Below are positions 53,801 through 64,000 of a stretch of DNA of 64,000 bases, piece by piece. The notes beneath the pieces are model-generated. The model had not been told where the DNA came from. It saw nothing but the letters and a program-made list of their open reading frames with translations, and made no database searches. The position numbers and the translations under genes were made by a program. Positions within the stretch are counted from its first letter, which is position 1. Each line of letters begins with the position of its first letter. The stretch is taken from contig CM082577.2 of assembly GCA_040954595.2 (NCBI GenBank), positions 13,213,903 to 13,277,902 on the forward strand, written 5' to 3'. Origin of the DNA: Balanoglossus misakiensis (taxonomy: Eukaryota; Animalia; Hemichordata).

Positions 53801-56800
53801 AGTTCTGAAAGTAACTTTCGAAGGTCATCTAGAGTATCTTTAGCTTTGCCTCCAGCGATGGGTGTGAGACCTAGAGTGAATACAGTTCGGGAGCCAGTGT
53901 CACATTCATCATGGCTTGGAGACAAGACCAATTTATGAGTTAGCCATTCAAGCTGGCCTTTTGTAGTTTTATCTGTCATATAGGCAACATCTTTGTTTTC
54001 TCTTTTTGACCATTCCACTAATCCCCTCAATGTGGCAAGCTGTCCTGCTTCACACTTTAATCTCTGTGCTGTGGATCTTTTCGGCAATTTGACATCTTTC
54101 AAATCCATTGGAGAGAGGTGTCCTAGTACTGTTCGTATTACAGATTCAATCTGGTTTGAACTGACTCCTAATGTCAGGAGGTGATAATACACTAGTCGTA
54201 TTTCAGTTTTGTATAGGCCACCCTTTTCTTTGGTTTCCAGAGATGTCAAGTTGTGAATTGTTTCCTGCAGCTCCTTCTCTTTCTCAGTCTTCTCTTTCAA
54301 CTGCTCTTTCAACTCACTAACAATACCATCCAGGAAAATGGCAGCTGCCTCTCTATCAATTTCTATATTTTCTTCTGCTTCTTTGATTCGTTGTTTCAGA
54401 GTTGTCATTTCTTTGTCCTTTTGTGTGAGCTGTGTTTTTAACTTTTTCTGTTCTTTTTCAACTTCCCTGAGTTGCCTTTCCATTCTCTTTGTCTTTTTAC
54501 ATTCTGTAACGTGATCCATGGATTCATCAATCAGAGACATTGCTGCATCCTTCCACTGAGTGGCTTTTTCTTTGTAGGCGTCTCTTTCCTTGGATAGTGT
54601 CTGTATTTGTGTTTGCATACTTTTCATTTTTACAGCGTCATGTGCAGCCTTCTTTTTTTCTTCCTCCAAATTTTCCACTCTCTCTAACATATCATCTCTT
54701 TCTTGCAGAATATCTCTCACTTTCACACCAATTACAGCATGGTATCTTTTGTTCTCAGCTGTCACTACTTTAAGTTTCTTCTGAGCTCTGTCTACTTTCA
54801 TTTCTGCTTTCCTTTTGTCATCTTTAAGTTGGGCTTTACTTGGTGATTTGGAATATTTAGTTCCACTTCTTAGGGACAGATGGCAGGTATTGTTGACATC
54901 AAGGTAAGTATTGGGTTGGGTTACTTCATCATATGGTGGAGGTAAAGCATTAGACGTCTTATCGATTTGCATCACATCATTATAACTTGGCGGATTTGGA
55001 CCAGCGAGTAAGAATGATGGGGGATTTGAGTCAGGTAAGAATGATGGGGGCTTTGGGTCAGGAATGAGAAAACTTTGGCCCCATGTAAACTCTTCAATCA
55101 GGTAAGAAATAATGTTCCCATGTAGAGTTGCAGAATTTTTCTGATTTCTGCTTTTCTGAAATTTTCTTACAAGTTGTTCATACTTTTTATTTGTCTTTGT
55201 ACACTTTGCACGGAGCTGTGTCTCTGTTCTATTTGTTGTGTTGACCGCAGCAAACCGCTGTAGCCAGGTAAGGAGGAGACTCAAGGGATTGCAGCGAAAC
55301 AGTGATCCAAACTTTTTACTGGTGAAGTAAAGTTCCAGAATTTCTTTATGTGTCAATGCCAAATGAGCACAACTAGTACACTCCTCCAGCAGACTGGATC
55401 TAAAATGAAAAAAATTAAATAAAATTAGTTCAACTGAACGGTTTACAAGTAATGGGACAGCAACTCCAACATTTGATAAATTCACCTCCACAGTACAGTA
55501 GCAATGCATGTAATGTTACACAAAAATGACAATAAGCATTTCAACATGATAGAGAAAAATACCATGTAATTATGATTTGAATATCAAATTTGTCAGCTAC
55601 TGTTGCTATAAAAAGATCTATGTAAATATATATAACCACCTCAATTATGCCATAACTATATGTGTTACATTCAACATGCATTTTGTTGCACTTCAAACAT
55701 AAAAACAAAATACTTTGGGTGCAGTGAAATTTTACGCTGCTTAAAATTGTGTCTAAGACAAAAACATGTTCTCAATAAATTTACAAGCAACAGCTACTAA
55801 AATAATTTACAGCTACTGAATTAATTTACTTTTAATAAGCTAGGGCAGAATGAGAAACCACACAAAAGCAATAAAAGAATCCACCACCAGTATTACAAAA
55901 TCAAAATTAAAAAAACAACTTACAATAACAAAATAAACCAATGCCATGGTTGTTGAAACGTGAACTGGTGCTTTCATCTGGAAACAAGTCTTTCATCATC
56001 ACAACGATTAAACTGAACAGAAATAAAATTACATCAATAAATAATAAATTCAACAGAATATGAAACGATAGTCCTTGTTATAACGGTGGATTCACAATCA
56101 AACGAAAACAAAAATACAAACGGAAAGCAAGAAACGCTTGTCTATGTCACGATAATATCGAATCGAAAACCCGGAAGTGATTGTGCGATTTTGTATGTGA
56201 CACTGTAATATCGAGAAAACAAAAAAAACTGGCAAATCTGAATCAAAATGAAACAAAATTGATTATAAAACTTTACAAATGAAACCATAACTAAAGCAGT
56301 CGACATATACGAAACGAAAACATCACCTAAACAACACTTACGTGTAAGGATCGAAGCCACGCTGTACAAGGGACATGCTTGGCGTCCGTCGCCATGTAAC
56401 TGTAGGTACCGCTGAGTCGGCTACCCGGTCGGCTAACTCTAGATTGATCCGCGCAAACATTTTCGATCGGATCTCTCTGAAATTGTGACTGAATAGACAC
56501 TGAATGTCACAGAATCCAAATATTGGGGTTCCGTTTTTCAAATTTGGACGATAATTGATGCAAGATATCGTGGAAATAAACGATATTTACCGATGTCACT
56601 GAGCTTTCTGTCCGGGCGTTGCAGCTGAAGGAACCCTCATGTAGTAAAACTCTAAGCCTAGGCCTTTAAAGAGCTGTCATCTGATTGGCCAAAATCCATG
56701 TAGTATTTACGCGGAAAGGGGGTTAAATATCCAATCGAAAAAGTCGTTTGAAAAACACCTACTACCGATCGCCACTAGAGGGCGCCCTTTCGCATCATTC

Positions 56801-57025
56801 AAACCAGGTCACGTACACAAACACACAGAGTACAGAAGTTCTTGCCGATTTTAGACCTTTTAAGCAGAGAGTTGGACGATCAGTGATAATTCAAAACAAC
56901 ATTTTATTGGAAGAAAATAACTTTATTTAGGAAAAAGAGTGACAATGACAGAAAGCTACAATTTTTTTTCTATTTATAAGGGTTTCAAAATAGCCTGAAC
57001 AGGCTTATCAGCATGGGCCTCCCTA
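50814..57025 (-). mobile_element. Apparently full-length hAT-superfamily-like (hATw-type) DNA transposon, 6212 bp
   Basis: TIRs TAGGGAGGCCAATG and CATGGGCCTCCCTA. TSD GTTATGT at 50807-50813 and 57026-57032. Contains one long uninterrupted transposase-like ORF. Confidence 0.85.
51940..55509 (-). CDS. DDE transposase-like protein with long N-terminal coiled coil; the true start is probably in upstream exons
   Basis: 1189-codon ORF with candidate catalytic motifs TDKTTK, MSDRAA, CGAH (CxxH) and TNDPCESDF. An acceptor-like site near 55400 and candidate 54-nt exons at 56395-56342 and 55977-55924 suggest splicing. Confidence 0.8.
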   Translation of the reverse strand: MHCYCTVEVNLSNVGVAVPLLVNRSVELILFNFFHFRSSLLEECTSCAHLALTHKEILELYFTSKKFGSLFRCNPLSLLLTWLQRFAAVNTTNRTETQLRAKCTKTNKKYEQLVRKFQKSRNQKNSATLHGNIISYLIEEFTWGQSFLIPDPKPPSFLPDSNPPSFLLAGPNPPSYNDVMQIDKTSNALPPPYDEVTQPNTYLDVNNTCHLSLRSGTKYSKSPSKAQLKDDKRKAEMKVDRAQKKLKVVTAENKRYHAVIGVKVRDILQERDDMLERVENLEEEKKKAAHDAVKMKSMQTQIQTLSKERDAYKEKATQWKDAAMSLIDESMDHVTECKKTKRMERQLREVEKEQKKLKTQLTQKDKEMTTLKQRIKEAEENIEIDREAAAIFLDGIVSELKEQLKEKTEKEKELQETIHNLTSLETKEKGGLYKTEIRLVYYHLLTLGVSSNQIESVIRTVLGHLSPMDLKDVKLPKRSTAQRLKCEAGQLATLRGLVEWSKRENKDVAYMTDKTTKGQLEWLTHKLVLSPSHDECDTGSRTVFTLGLTPIAGGKAKDTLDDLRKLLSELQRLGTDMNLQDVEETYNVINFKARMSDRAATEGKLTKLLCEMKTEELERLLPTWNEMTETERDEKIRIHAFTCGAHKLTNMTEAMNKAAVKYLYADDHDSTFRRMQGAKKHIYEADKLLCEQSKKEYAKGKDFKAFCLSQDTLKKSASQLFTPIVGSRYLIYFHNSLPTYVGRQFIQIFLVDQRDSKGHWNKLEASVYDGYNDLRIMAEERAYAILYYEVCLPLMVKTKSVKHILEMNEIYDASVKKLKEWSEDPESLFEGSEKLWTDAVRNESHKMYMLEVRRPDDTDNKVKEILKVCCAAGAEKLAQHAREHLPGGEFAVPTQQQIQAASLLPGATNDPCESDFGLLDQMSKSAPSSNPMSLSSVVRAKRDKATDWAMRQDQELKEKLVHTAQKEAKRQHKMVGTKDRQLLALEEIKKKEREEKIRKRQAVMQKKEMKQAEMRKELAEDTLIRDQQKIRKLSGAQCNRQLQLWNLLAEDVNINNSERLKGRSKLTVEQKRKLLLQLVKTNTNVMPKFKEKNPSVVTVVNMDSSSDDDDDNLPLVQIIRPKSYTSDEESEDNLPLSKICRRDTDDDDDDQPLSDNLPLSKICRRDTDDDDDDDDQPLSDNLPLSKLIK

Positions 57026-57541
57026 GTTATGTTGCAATCATATTGAATTCATTGGGAGGCAGTACAACAAAGCAGATCTGGTGTTGCAAATGGTGGTTTC
57101 GCATGTCCGCATTAAATATCCACATGATTGAAAACGACGATTCATCAAACAAAGGCTGGCCCGCAGGAATCTGTGAAGCCTGTCTCCGATTGGCTTATTT
57201 CTTTTGTGGTTCTTAGTAAGACCATTCTGTTATTTCCTTTAATAGCTGCCTAATCAGGGGTAATGACGCTATAGCTTCCGGCGAACCGGAGGTACAGCAA
57301 CCTCAAAAGTTCTATTCTCATTGGTGGATAGACTGAAAGATTCAGTCTTGTGTGGTCGCTCCGGCTCGCCGCCTATAACCCTTTCCAGACTAGGCATTGC
57401 CGAAGCGCCCGCACACGGCTGAATCTTTCCGTCTAATGGGTTTATGGACCGGTTGAATAATGATTAAAACTCCACGTTTGAGCATATTTTAACACTACTT
57501 TTTTGGCTCCGAAGTTATACAAAGAGACTTTGGTATTGGGT

Positions 57542-57645
57542 CGGGGGGGGGGGGCGACTCACGCCGCAAAGCACACTGGGTAATTTTCTGCCATGGCCGC
57601 TCATTTTGAACTCAAAGCTTGCGCGGTTCACTTCCGGTCTACACA
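57542..57645 (+). mobile_element. Left terminus of the same transposon family as 10417-11822
   Basis: C(G)nCGACTCACGCCGCAAAGCACACTGGGTAATTTTC matches 10431-10474 almost exactly. No right end was found in the window. Confidence 0.75.
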
Positions 57646-58356
57646 CATAACGCTGGCTTGCTCCGACGCTGAAGATTTGTTTCCGTACAGTAGGTTCTGT
57701 ACATGCACGTGTTCGTGTTTCGTTGGAGGTAAGCGATGTTTTTCTTTCTAGTGTGGTTTTATATTTTGTATAAATCTGACTCACTTTCAGCCACAAGTTT
57801 AGCTACGCTATTTACGTACGTACGAGAGTGACATAACGCTCAACGGGCCATTGTGCTGTGGGTGCCGTACGTTAAAATCAAGTGACCCGTGTGATGATCA
57901 TCGTAGTTCGAGCAACAGTATTCCTTTGGAATATGTTCCCTATAAAAGTAAAACACCGTCACTATTCATGGTTACCTTTTGTGTGCTTTTTCTTCTTTTT
58001 TTTCTTCTTAAAGTTGATGACTAGTTCGTAGTCAAGTTTGCTGACAGACCGTGTTTATCAGATATTCTCATGCCAGGTCTTAAAGGGCATATTTACATAA
58101 AATACATTTAGTCTTATAAGCGGTACTTTTCAAACCATAGTTATATACCAGCAAACAGCAGCAGCAGTAACCAGCCGACTACTTTTTCGTTCTTCAACCT
58201 CAAATTTTCACCCATTTACCGCAAGTAAGTGTCCGCTTTGATTCTCGAAAATAGTAGTAGCTTATGTGCTGTCGTAAAGACACTGTTTGCTACCACATTT
58301 GTTGAACTATTACATTTTATTTATTCTTTTTTGTGTAGGCCTATTTCCATGTTGAA

Positions 58357-60393
58357 ATGGGAATACAGAATTTGTTACCAAAGCTGAAAAATGCAAACAA
58401 GAGGGTTACTTTTGCACAATTGTCAGGATGCATTGTAGCAGTAGATGCTTCCATGCTGCTGCACAGGGGAGCATATGGCTGTGCATTAGACCTGTGTTGT
58501 GGGAACGACACAGACAGGCCAGTTTTTATCCCCTATCTAAACATCAATGTCATGCTTTTTCTCTGTGTTTTTTGTACCTGGATGGCTGATAGAGAAAAAT
58601 CCAAGGTCAAACAAAGAATTTGATTAAAGGAACCTTATGGGTTAAATCATTTTTTGTTACAAATTATATCTTGTTGGGTTTTTTGCAGCTATGTTAAATA
58701 TGTAATAAAATGGTTTGAGACACTAACGTCCCATGGAATTCTGCCAATTTTAGTTTTTGACGGAATTCCTCTTCCAGCCAAGAAAGAAGAAAACAACAAA
58801 CGTTATAGGTTTGTGGCTATTTTTTTTTTTTTTTTTTTTTTTGCTTAACTGTAACTAATAGTAGGCCTTGCTTTCTACAGCAATTTGCAGGCTTCAGTTT
58901 TATTCACATAATGAAAATTCACTGTGTATGCATTCACCTCGATATTGTGTTTTATTGTTTTGTTAAATACAGAGAACGTGCAGCTGCCATTGCTAAGGAC
59001 AAAGCCTTGTTGCAAGAAAACAAACGCCAAGAAGCAAATTTACAATTTCAGAAGGGAGTATCAGTGACATTTAAAATGGTGACTGCAGTCATAAAGGTAC
59101 ATTTTCTAGTGTGACCACACATCCTGATAGTGTTGGTAATAGTCTATCAGTTTGGTCACGGTCACTCCACACAGGAGTGACCGTGGTTTGGTAAACAAAG
59201 CTACACTCTGATATTTTTACATATGATTGCACAGACTAAATAAAAACAAAACTCAAGAACTTGCATATAATGTTCGAAAGTTTTAATAAATAGGAAAGAA
59301 TATAAAATCATATATTTAGCAAAGGAGTAATTTTTAACACTGGGTTTTCTCTCAGCAACTATTAAAAAACAGTTTGTCTCTTTATCTGTTAGTAACACTG
59401 TTGTTTTAAATTACAGGCAGTACAACAGTTGGAATACCATTACATAGTGGCTCCATATGAGGCAGATGCCCAAATGGCTCACATGGCTAGAAATGGCATA
59501 GTGGATATTGTTATGACAGAGGACTCCGATCTTTTGGTGTATGGAGCTCCAAAGGTACAGAAGTTTTGATTCATCTAACAGTGAATTCCTCAGGATTATA
59601 CATGCAGAGTATGAAAATATGTCAGTGGTTCACATACTTGTTTCACTTGACCATTACATGTTTAATATGGTAAAAAGATTAAACTTTTTTTGTATCATGA
59701 ACTAAAATTAATACACTACTTATAATTGCATATGTACATCTTAATTTTGTGGTTTGTGATTCAACTAAAGCTTTTTAAAATTGCTTCATTTTCTGTTTTA
59801 CACCCAAGTTGCTGTTTAAGGCATGGTTAGAAGATAGTGGAGGACTACTTATAGAACAGGAGAAATTACACTTCTGTTTTGACTTTACATGGACCTTTGA
59901 CAGATTTGTCTGGCTGTGTATTCTACTTGGGTGTGACTATTTAGAAAGCATCAGAAACGTTGGCTTCGTATCAGCAACCAGATTCCTGACAGCAACTGCC
60001 AACAAAGACATTTTTGAGGTGAAGTTTACATAAAATTTGTCTATAATTTTTATGATGAATGCTTGGTTCAATGTACCTTCTGCAGCGTATTACTTCTGTT
60101 GTAAGCGTCATGGCATAAACTGCTACTCATGGCTGTCAGTATTTAACCATTGTAAGAAAATTACTTTATAGTCTTTGCTTAATGAATGAAAATGTTGGCC
60201 TTGTGAATATTTGAAGAAATGCACTTTAATTCTACAGAAGGCTGGGAAGTATGCACATTTTAACATATGCACTGTAGGCAATAACTTATCTTATGTCTGC
60301 TTATTTTAGACGCTTCCCCACATGTCAGCCATCCTGAAAAAAAACTTGCAGATTCCAAGGAACACACTGCGGATGGGCAGTGGTAGCGTTTAA
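58357..60393 (+). CDS. Exonuclease 1-like (XPG/FEN1 family) nuclease, spliced and 3'-truncated; exons 58357-58517, 58689-58808, 58973-59096, 59417-59554, 59809-60018 and 60310-~60393
   Basis: Motifs [48 protein letters not shown] and [12 protein letters not shown]. Exon phases are compatible. The first donor is non-canonical GC. Similarity is lost after ~60360. Confidence 0.85.
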
Positions 60394-61543
60394 TACTGTG
60401 TTAGCATACATCGTTTGGCCTTCGTCTCAGCTGACTTCATTTTGTCGGCGCATATGGCGGCATGCGGTCTGTCCGTGTCTCTGTGACCTTTATTGACTGC
60501 TTTGTTTTCGCAAGATACCCTGTCACCTAAACTCTCACGTTCGTCGAGTAAAAGTCACCATGTTGTTGTTGTTGTTGTTGTTGTTGTTGTCAGTCGTTAT
60601 TCTTACCTTTCATTAACCGTCCAATGTGAACTTCAGATCTCGCCAGAATCAGTTATTTTAGCTGAATTCCTGCTCGCTGGTTCCTTATGTATATCATTTA
60701 TATGTATAAAATGTTTGCGAGGGCGTTACGATCCTGTAAATATACGCACGCGTTTACATGTCAAAGATACTTTAAACAGAATATGTGATCGAAACGATTG
60801 GTTATAGTGTGTCACGTGATATGAGCTATGTAGCTATGGTGACCTTGGTGAAGTGAACGGCAGGTCACGACTCAGTGGTGGTGCATGTGTCTGACCAATG
60901 GAAAGTTAATTAGGCCTATACGAACAACTACAGTGTACTTTGGGGTGTGATGTTGATCACAGAAGTGACAAGGGCAAACCCGTCATTAAAATTTCAATGT
61001 ATTTATTAAAGCTCAAGAAATCTAGCTTTCAACAAAAATGCATTTAGTGAAACATTTTTCTACACAAGCTCCTAATACAGTACAGGCGTTACATCAAGGA
61101 AATGACATAATAACTGGTAGATACAATCAGGAACTGAGGTTTAAACTTGTTATGTACTACTCTAAATGGGAAGATTCCCTTGCCGAGAAACAATAGTGTA
61201 GATATTATACATGTATGGACAAGCAAAAGTCGCGCTGATGCTAAATATTCTTATCGATCTAAGATTCACACCGATTTCATAAATGATGATCAGATTCGTT
61301 AAAACTCACAGCAGGTAGTAAGATTTCTTGTTCAAGGAATCAGAGATTATTTTCCAATGGCAAGCAGTCTTAGCACCACACTAAGCTGGAAGTCAATAAT
61401 GACGGATTCGTAGTTCAGCTCTAAAAATATCTCTGATTGATTTCTTCCCATCTCATTTTTTGTGCTTCTACTGTGAAGAGAAACAGTGTGGTCCGACCAG
61501 TTTCTTCAGGCTGTCGGACGTCACACAACGTCGTCGAAAAGTG

Positions 61544-63418
61544 TTAGATTCTTGACAACAGGTGAGCGGCTGTCAGTGCAACGATGGGGGCGCCCGTTGG
61601 GGTGCCTGGGAACGGTCCCGAGGACCCGGCGATATCCAGATGGGAGTAAGCCAGAGGCTTGGCGGCATCGATTCCATGCTGTGCAAAAAAAAAGGTTTAT
61701 GTATGATGAGTGTTTGGGTCTTGAAGTTGAAAGACCAGTCTCGTTCTTGGCATTCTTTTTACACACGTCAGAAAAGGGAACCTTTCCGTTTTTTATTCAA
61801 CAAAATTCGTTCAAAAGTGAGTTAGGAGTACAACAGGTATGGGAGAAATTCCTACCTTGTCGAGACCTGACGCCATGATGAGGAACGCAGCGGGATTTTG
61901 GTGACCTCTGTTAGTCATTGTCGACGGGTTCGCTCCTGCTTGCAAGACATCCTCGTACTCTGACTTGCCCGCGTGAAATTCATAATCCTTGAAAGAGGTG
62001 AAACAAACATACTCAATCTGCAATTTACTGCGAAGAGATTTCGCATTCGTGTTGCAAGTAGCACTATTGTTTGCAGGGAACTCTTTAACATAGCCTATGA
62101 CAATTCGCCGATCAATCTCATTCTCGAATATACTCCATAGTCTGTCTCCTTTCTGTTTCCTTCCCACTCATCTTCACACATTCATTTTTCAAAGCGAATA
62201 TTTTAAATGTTCGATATTTTAAGTTTCTAAGTAAACGCACCTCTTTTCTGATTGTCGACACCTCAAAGGGATCAGCAAAGTTGTCGCCGGCTGAAACGAC
62301 AAAATATTGCATTCAGCGAATAATGACTTTCTCTAAAAGTTATATGCGTACGCCCACATGATGAATGCATGATACTGATACCAACGGTAGTAAGCTCGAA
62401 AGTCATTGGTTGAACTCAAAGTATGGGCAAAAATCATCCAACCAAAAGTGGCCTTGGCGCTAGCGTAGGCTTCCGTTCATCTCATGGTATCGGGAGCTTA
62501 CCCTGTTGTAACTGTCTTGCGTGATCCACTCGTCTTGCCGGGCCATTGTCCAGAACGATCTTCAAAAATAGAATAATTAATTGCAAATTTAGGACAATAA
62601 TACTTATCTATATCGGATTTAATTCCATTTTTGATAAGTCAAAATGACGATATACGACACATGTATTTGGCCAACGTAACAAGTTACTTACGGAGTAGTT
62701 GGGTCCCATGGCGCGAATAGCATGGCCAGTTAGCGTGGCAATGGTGTAGATGTGCGGATTGATCTCAGCCAATGCCTGTATTGAAGAAAAAACGAAAACG
62801 AGGAGATATAAAATCCAAAGATATTTCGTGCAAATCCTTGCTCTTTTGTCGCACGCAGTCACATAATTTTAATAGAATGGTGTATTTGAAAAGAAAAAGA
62901 AAAGTTGATGAGAGCGCTGGTTAGTCTGGTCCCCTGCCCCATTCACGCCGCTGGCTGTGCGCTATAGAAAAGGGAACATAGCTACTCATTGGACTTACCT
63001 GGTCCTTCATTTTACACAATGGATCAGCCATTGCCATGCGTCCCTCGGCGTCCGTGTTGCCGATCCTAATGCGAACTCCAGCACGAGATGTGATGATCTC
63101 ATCGGCCACATAGGAGTCTAACGGACAAGGGAAAGAACAATTTAAGGTTATGTCGTTGCAGGCAGGCGGGGAGAGTTTTGTCGAATTGGAATCAAAACAC
63201 AGGCTGATTATTGGAAAATCTTTCCCGGAAATGTTCCAACGTTTTCACTGGTATTCACGAGGGTGATAATTTAGATGGTATGTTGTACTAATTAACACCT
63301 ACCTGGACCCACACTGTTCCTGACCATTGTCATAACTGCAGAGACTTTGATTTTCTTTGGTTTCAAAATCGAGAGGATTTCGAAGAAGCCAGCTACAGCC
63401 GCTGACCCACATTTATCT
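61544..63418 (-). CDS. M17 leucyl-aminopeptidase family protein (W07G4.4-like), 3' exons; the 5' part lies beyond the window
   Basis: RDKCGSAAVAGFF (63418-63303), NTDAEGRMAMAD (~63117-63000), IATLTGHA (~62775-62692), DNGPAR, ADPFEVSTIRKE, RGHQNPAAFL and YSHLDIAGS. Stop at 61546-61544. GT-AG introns. Confidence 0.92.
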
Positions 63419-64000
63419 CTGGAGAAACAAAAATGAGAAAATGGGCAATGATGTCAACTTTGTGTTGTACAATAACAAATCGCATTGTTCTTTAGTACAT
63501 CGCTTTTTTCTTAAGAGAGCTCAGAATACTTAGTAAGTTGGTCAACGTCAGCCCTCCACGCAAATAGGGATAGCGCCCCCAGCGGTGAATGTCGTAACCG
63601 GGTACTCGAGCACCATTCGCGAAGAACCGTCAATGTACTGTGACAGATCTCTAGGTTCTGTATTGAAATCACGTACGCAATCCTACCTGTGCATTCCTTG
63701 CATTCCACCACTGATTTTAATGTCCGCTCCACCAGTATCGTAAGTCACGCCCTGAAATTACCAACACCAATTTATTCCTTTATTTTCCAACACAAAAACT
63801 ACACACTGGTGCAAGCGATAAAACAAGGACGGAGGACAAATGCGACATATTGCATCATAATTACAGGAATGAATGTCTGTCCTCTGGTTGTTCGAATACC
63901 AGGCAATAATTGTTGTAGATCAGTTATATTGTTATGAAACCGCGCCAACAACTACCGATAGAAATGGCAGCATTGCTGTCTTTGTAGTAACATTTGAATT

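Noticed and set aside
51815-54784. Several plus-strand and alternative-frame ORFs (poly-His, poly-Ser, poly-Met)
   Set aside because: They are shadow frames of the transposase ORF and its (TCA)n tract.
58357-60393. Calling this the host EXO1 ortholog
   Set aside because: The motifs are divergent, the gene is truncated and it lies inside a transposon end, so no gene symbol was assigned.
60501-60600. Poly-Val ORF, with a similar one at 40047-40277
   Set aside because: They are translations of (GTT)n microsatellites.

Overview
Eukaryotic, AT-rich, intron-containing animal genomic DNA. The repeat and gene content suggests a marine invertebrate, plausibly a hemichordate-like deuterostome (inference, not verified). 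The first ~33 kb is mostly nested, decayed transposable elements: two L1/Tx1-type LINEs, RTE-X- and L2/Crack-type LINEs, a DIRS/Ngaro tyrosine-recombinase retrotransposon, three Gypsy remnants, Helentron-like (HINE) elements, an Academ deletion derivative and MITEs. The 33.6-50.5 kb interval looks like an innate-immune locus. It holds a reconstructable 4-exon minus-strand gene for a ~485-aa death-effector-domain (DED) + linker + NHL beta-propeller protein and a DED-only paralog. It also holds about 12 NF-kB-type sites in repeated E-box/kB/AP-1 and octamer/kB modules. An apparently intact 6.2-kb hAT-like transposon follows at 50814-57025 (TIRs, 7-bp TSD, 1189-aa ORF). After it lies a spliced Exo1/XPG-family nuclease gene, just inside the left end of a 9-bp-TSD DNA transposon family. 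The window ends with the 3' part of an M17 aminopeptidase gene. All calls come from reading the sequence by eye; no database search was run.
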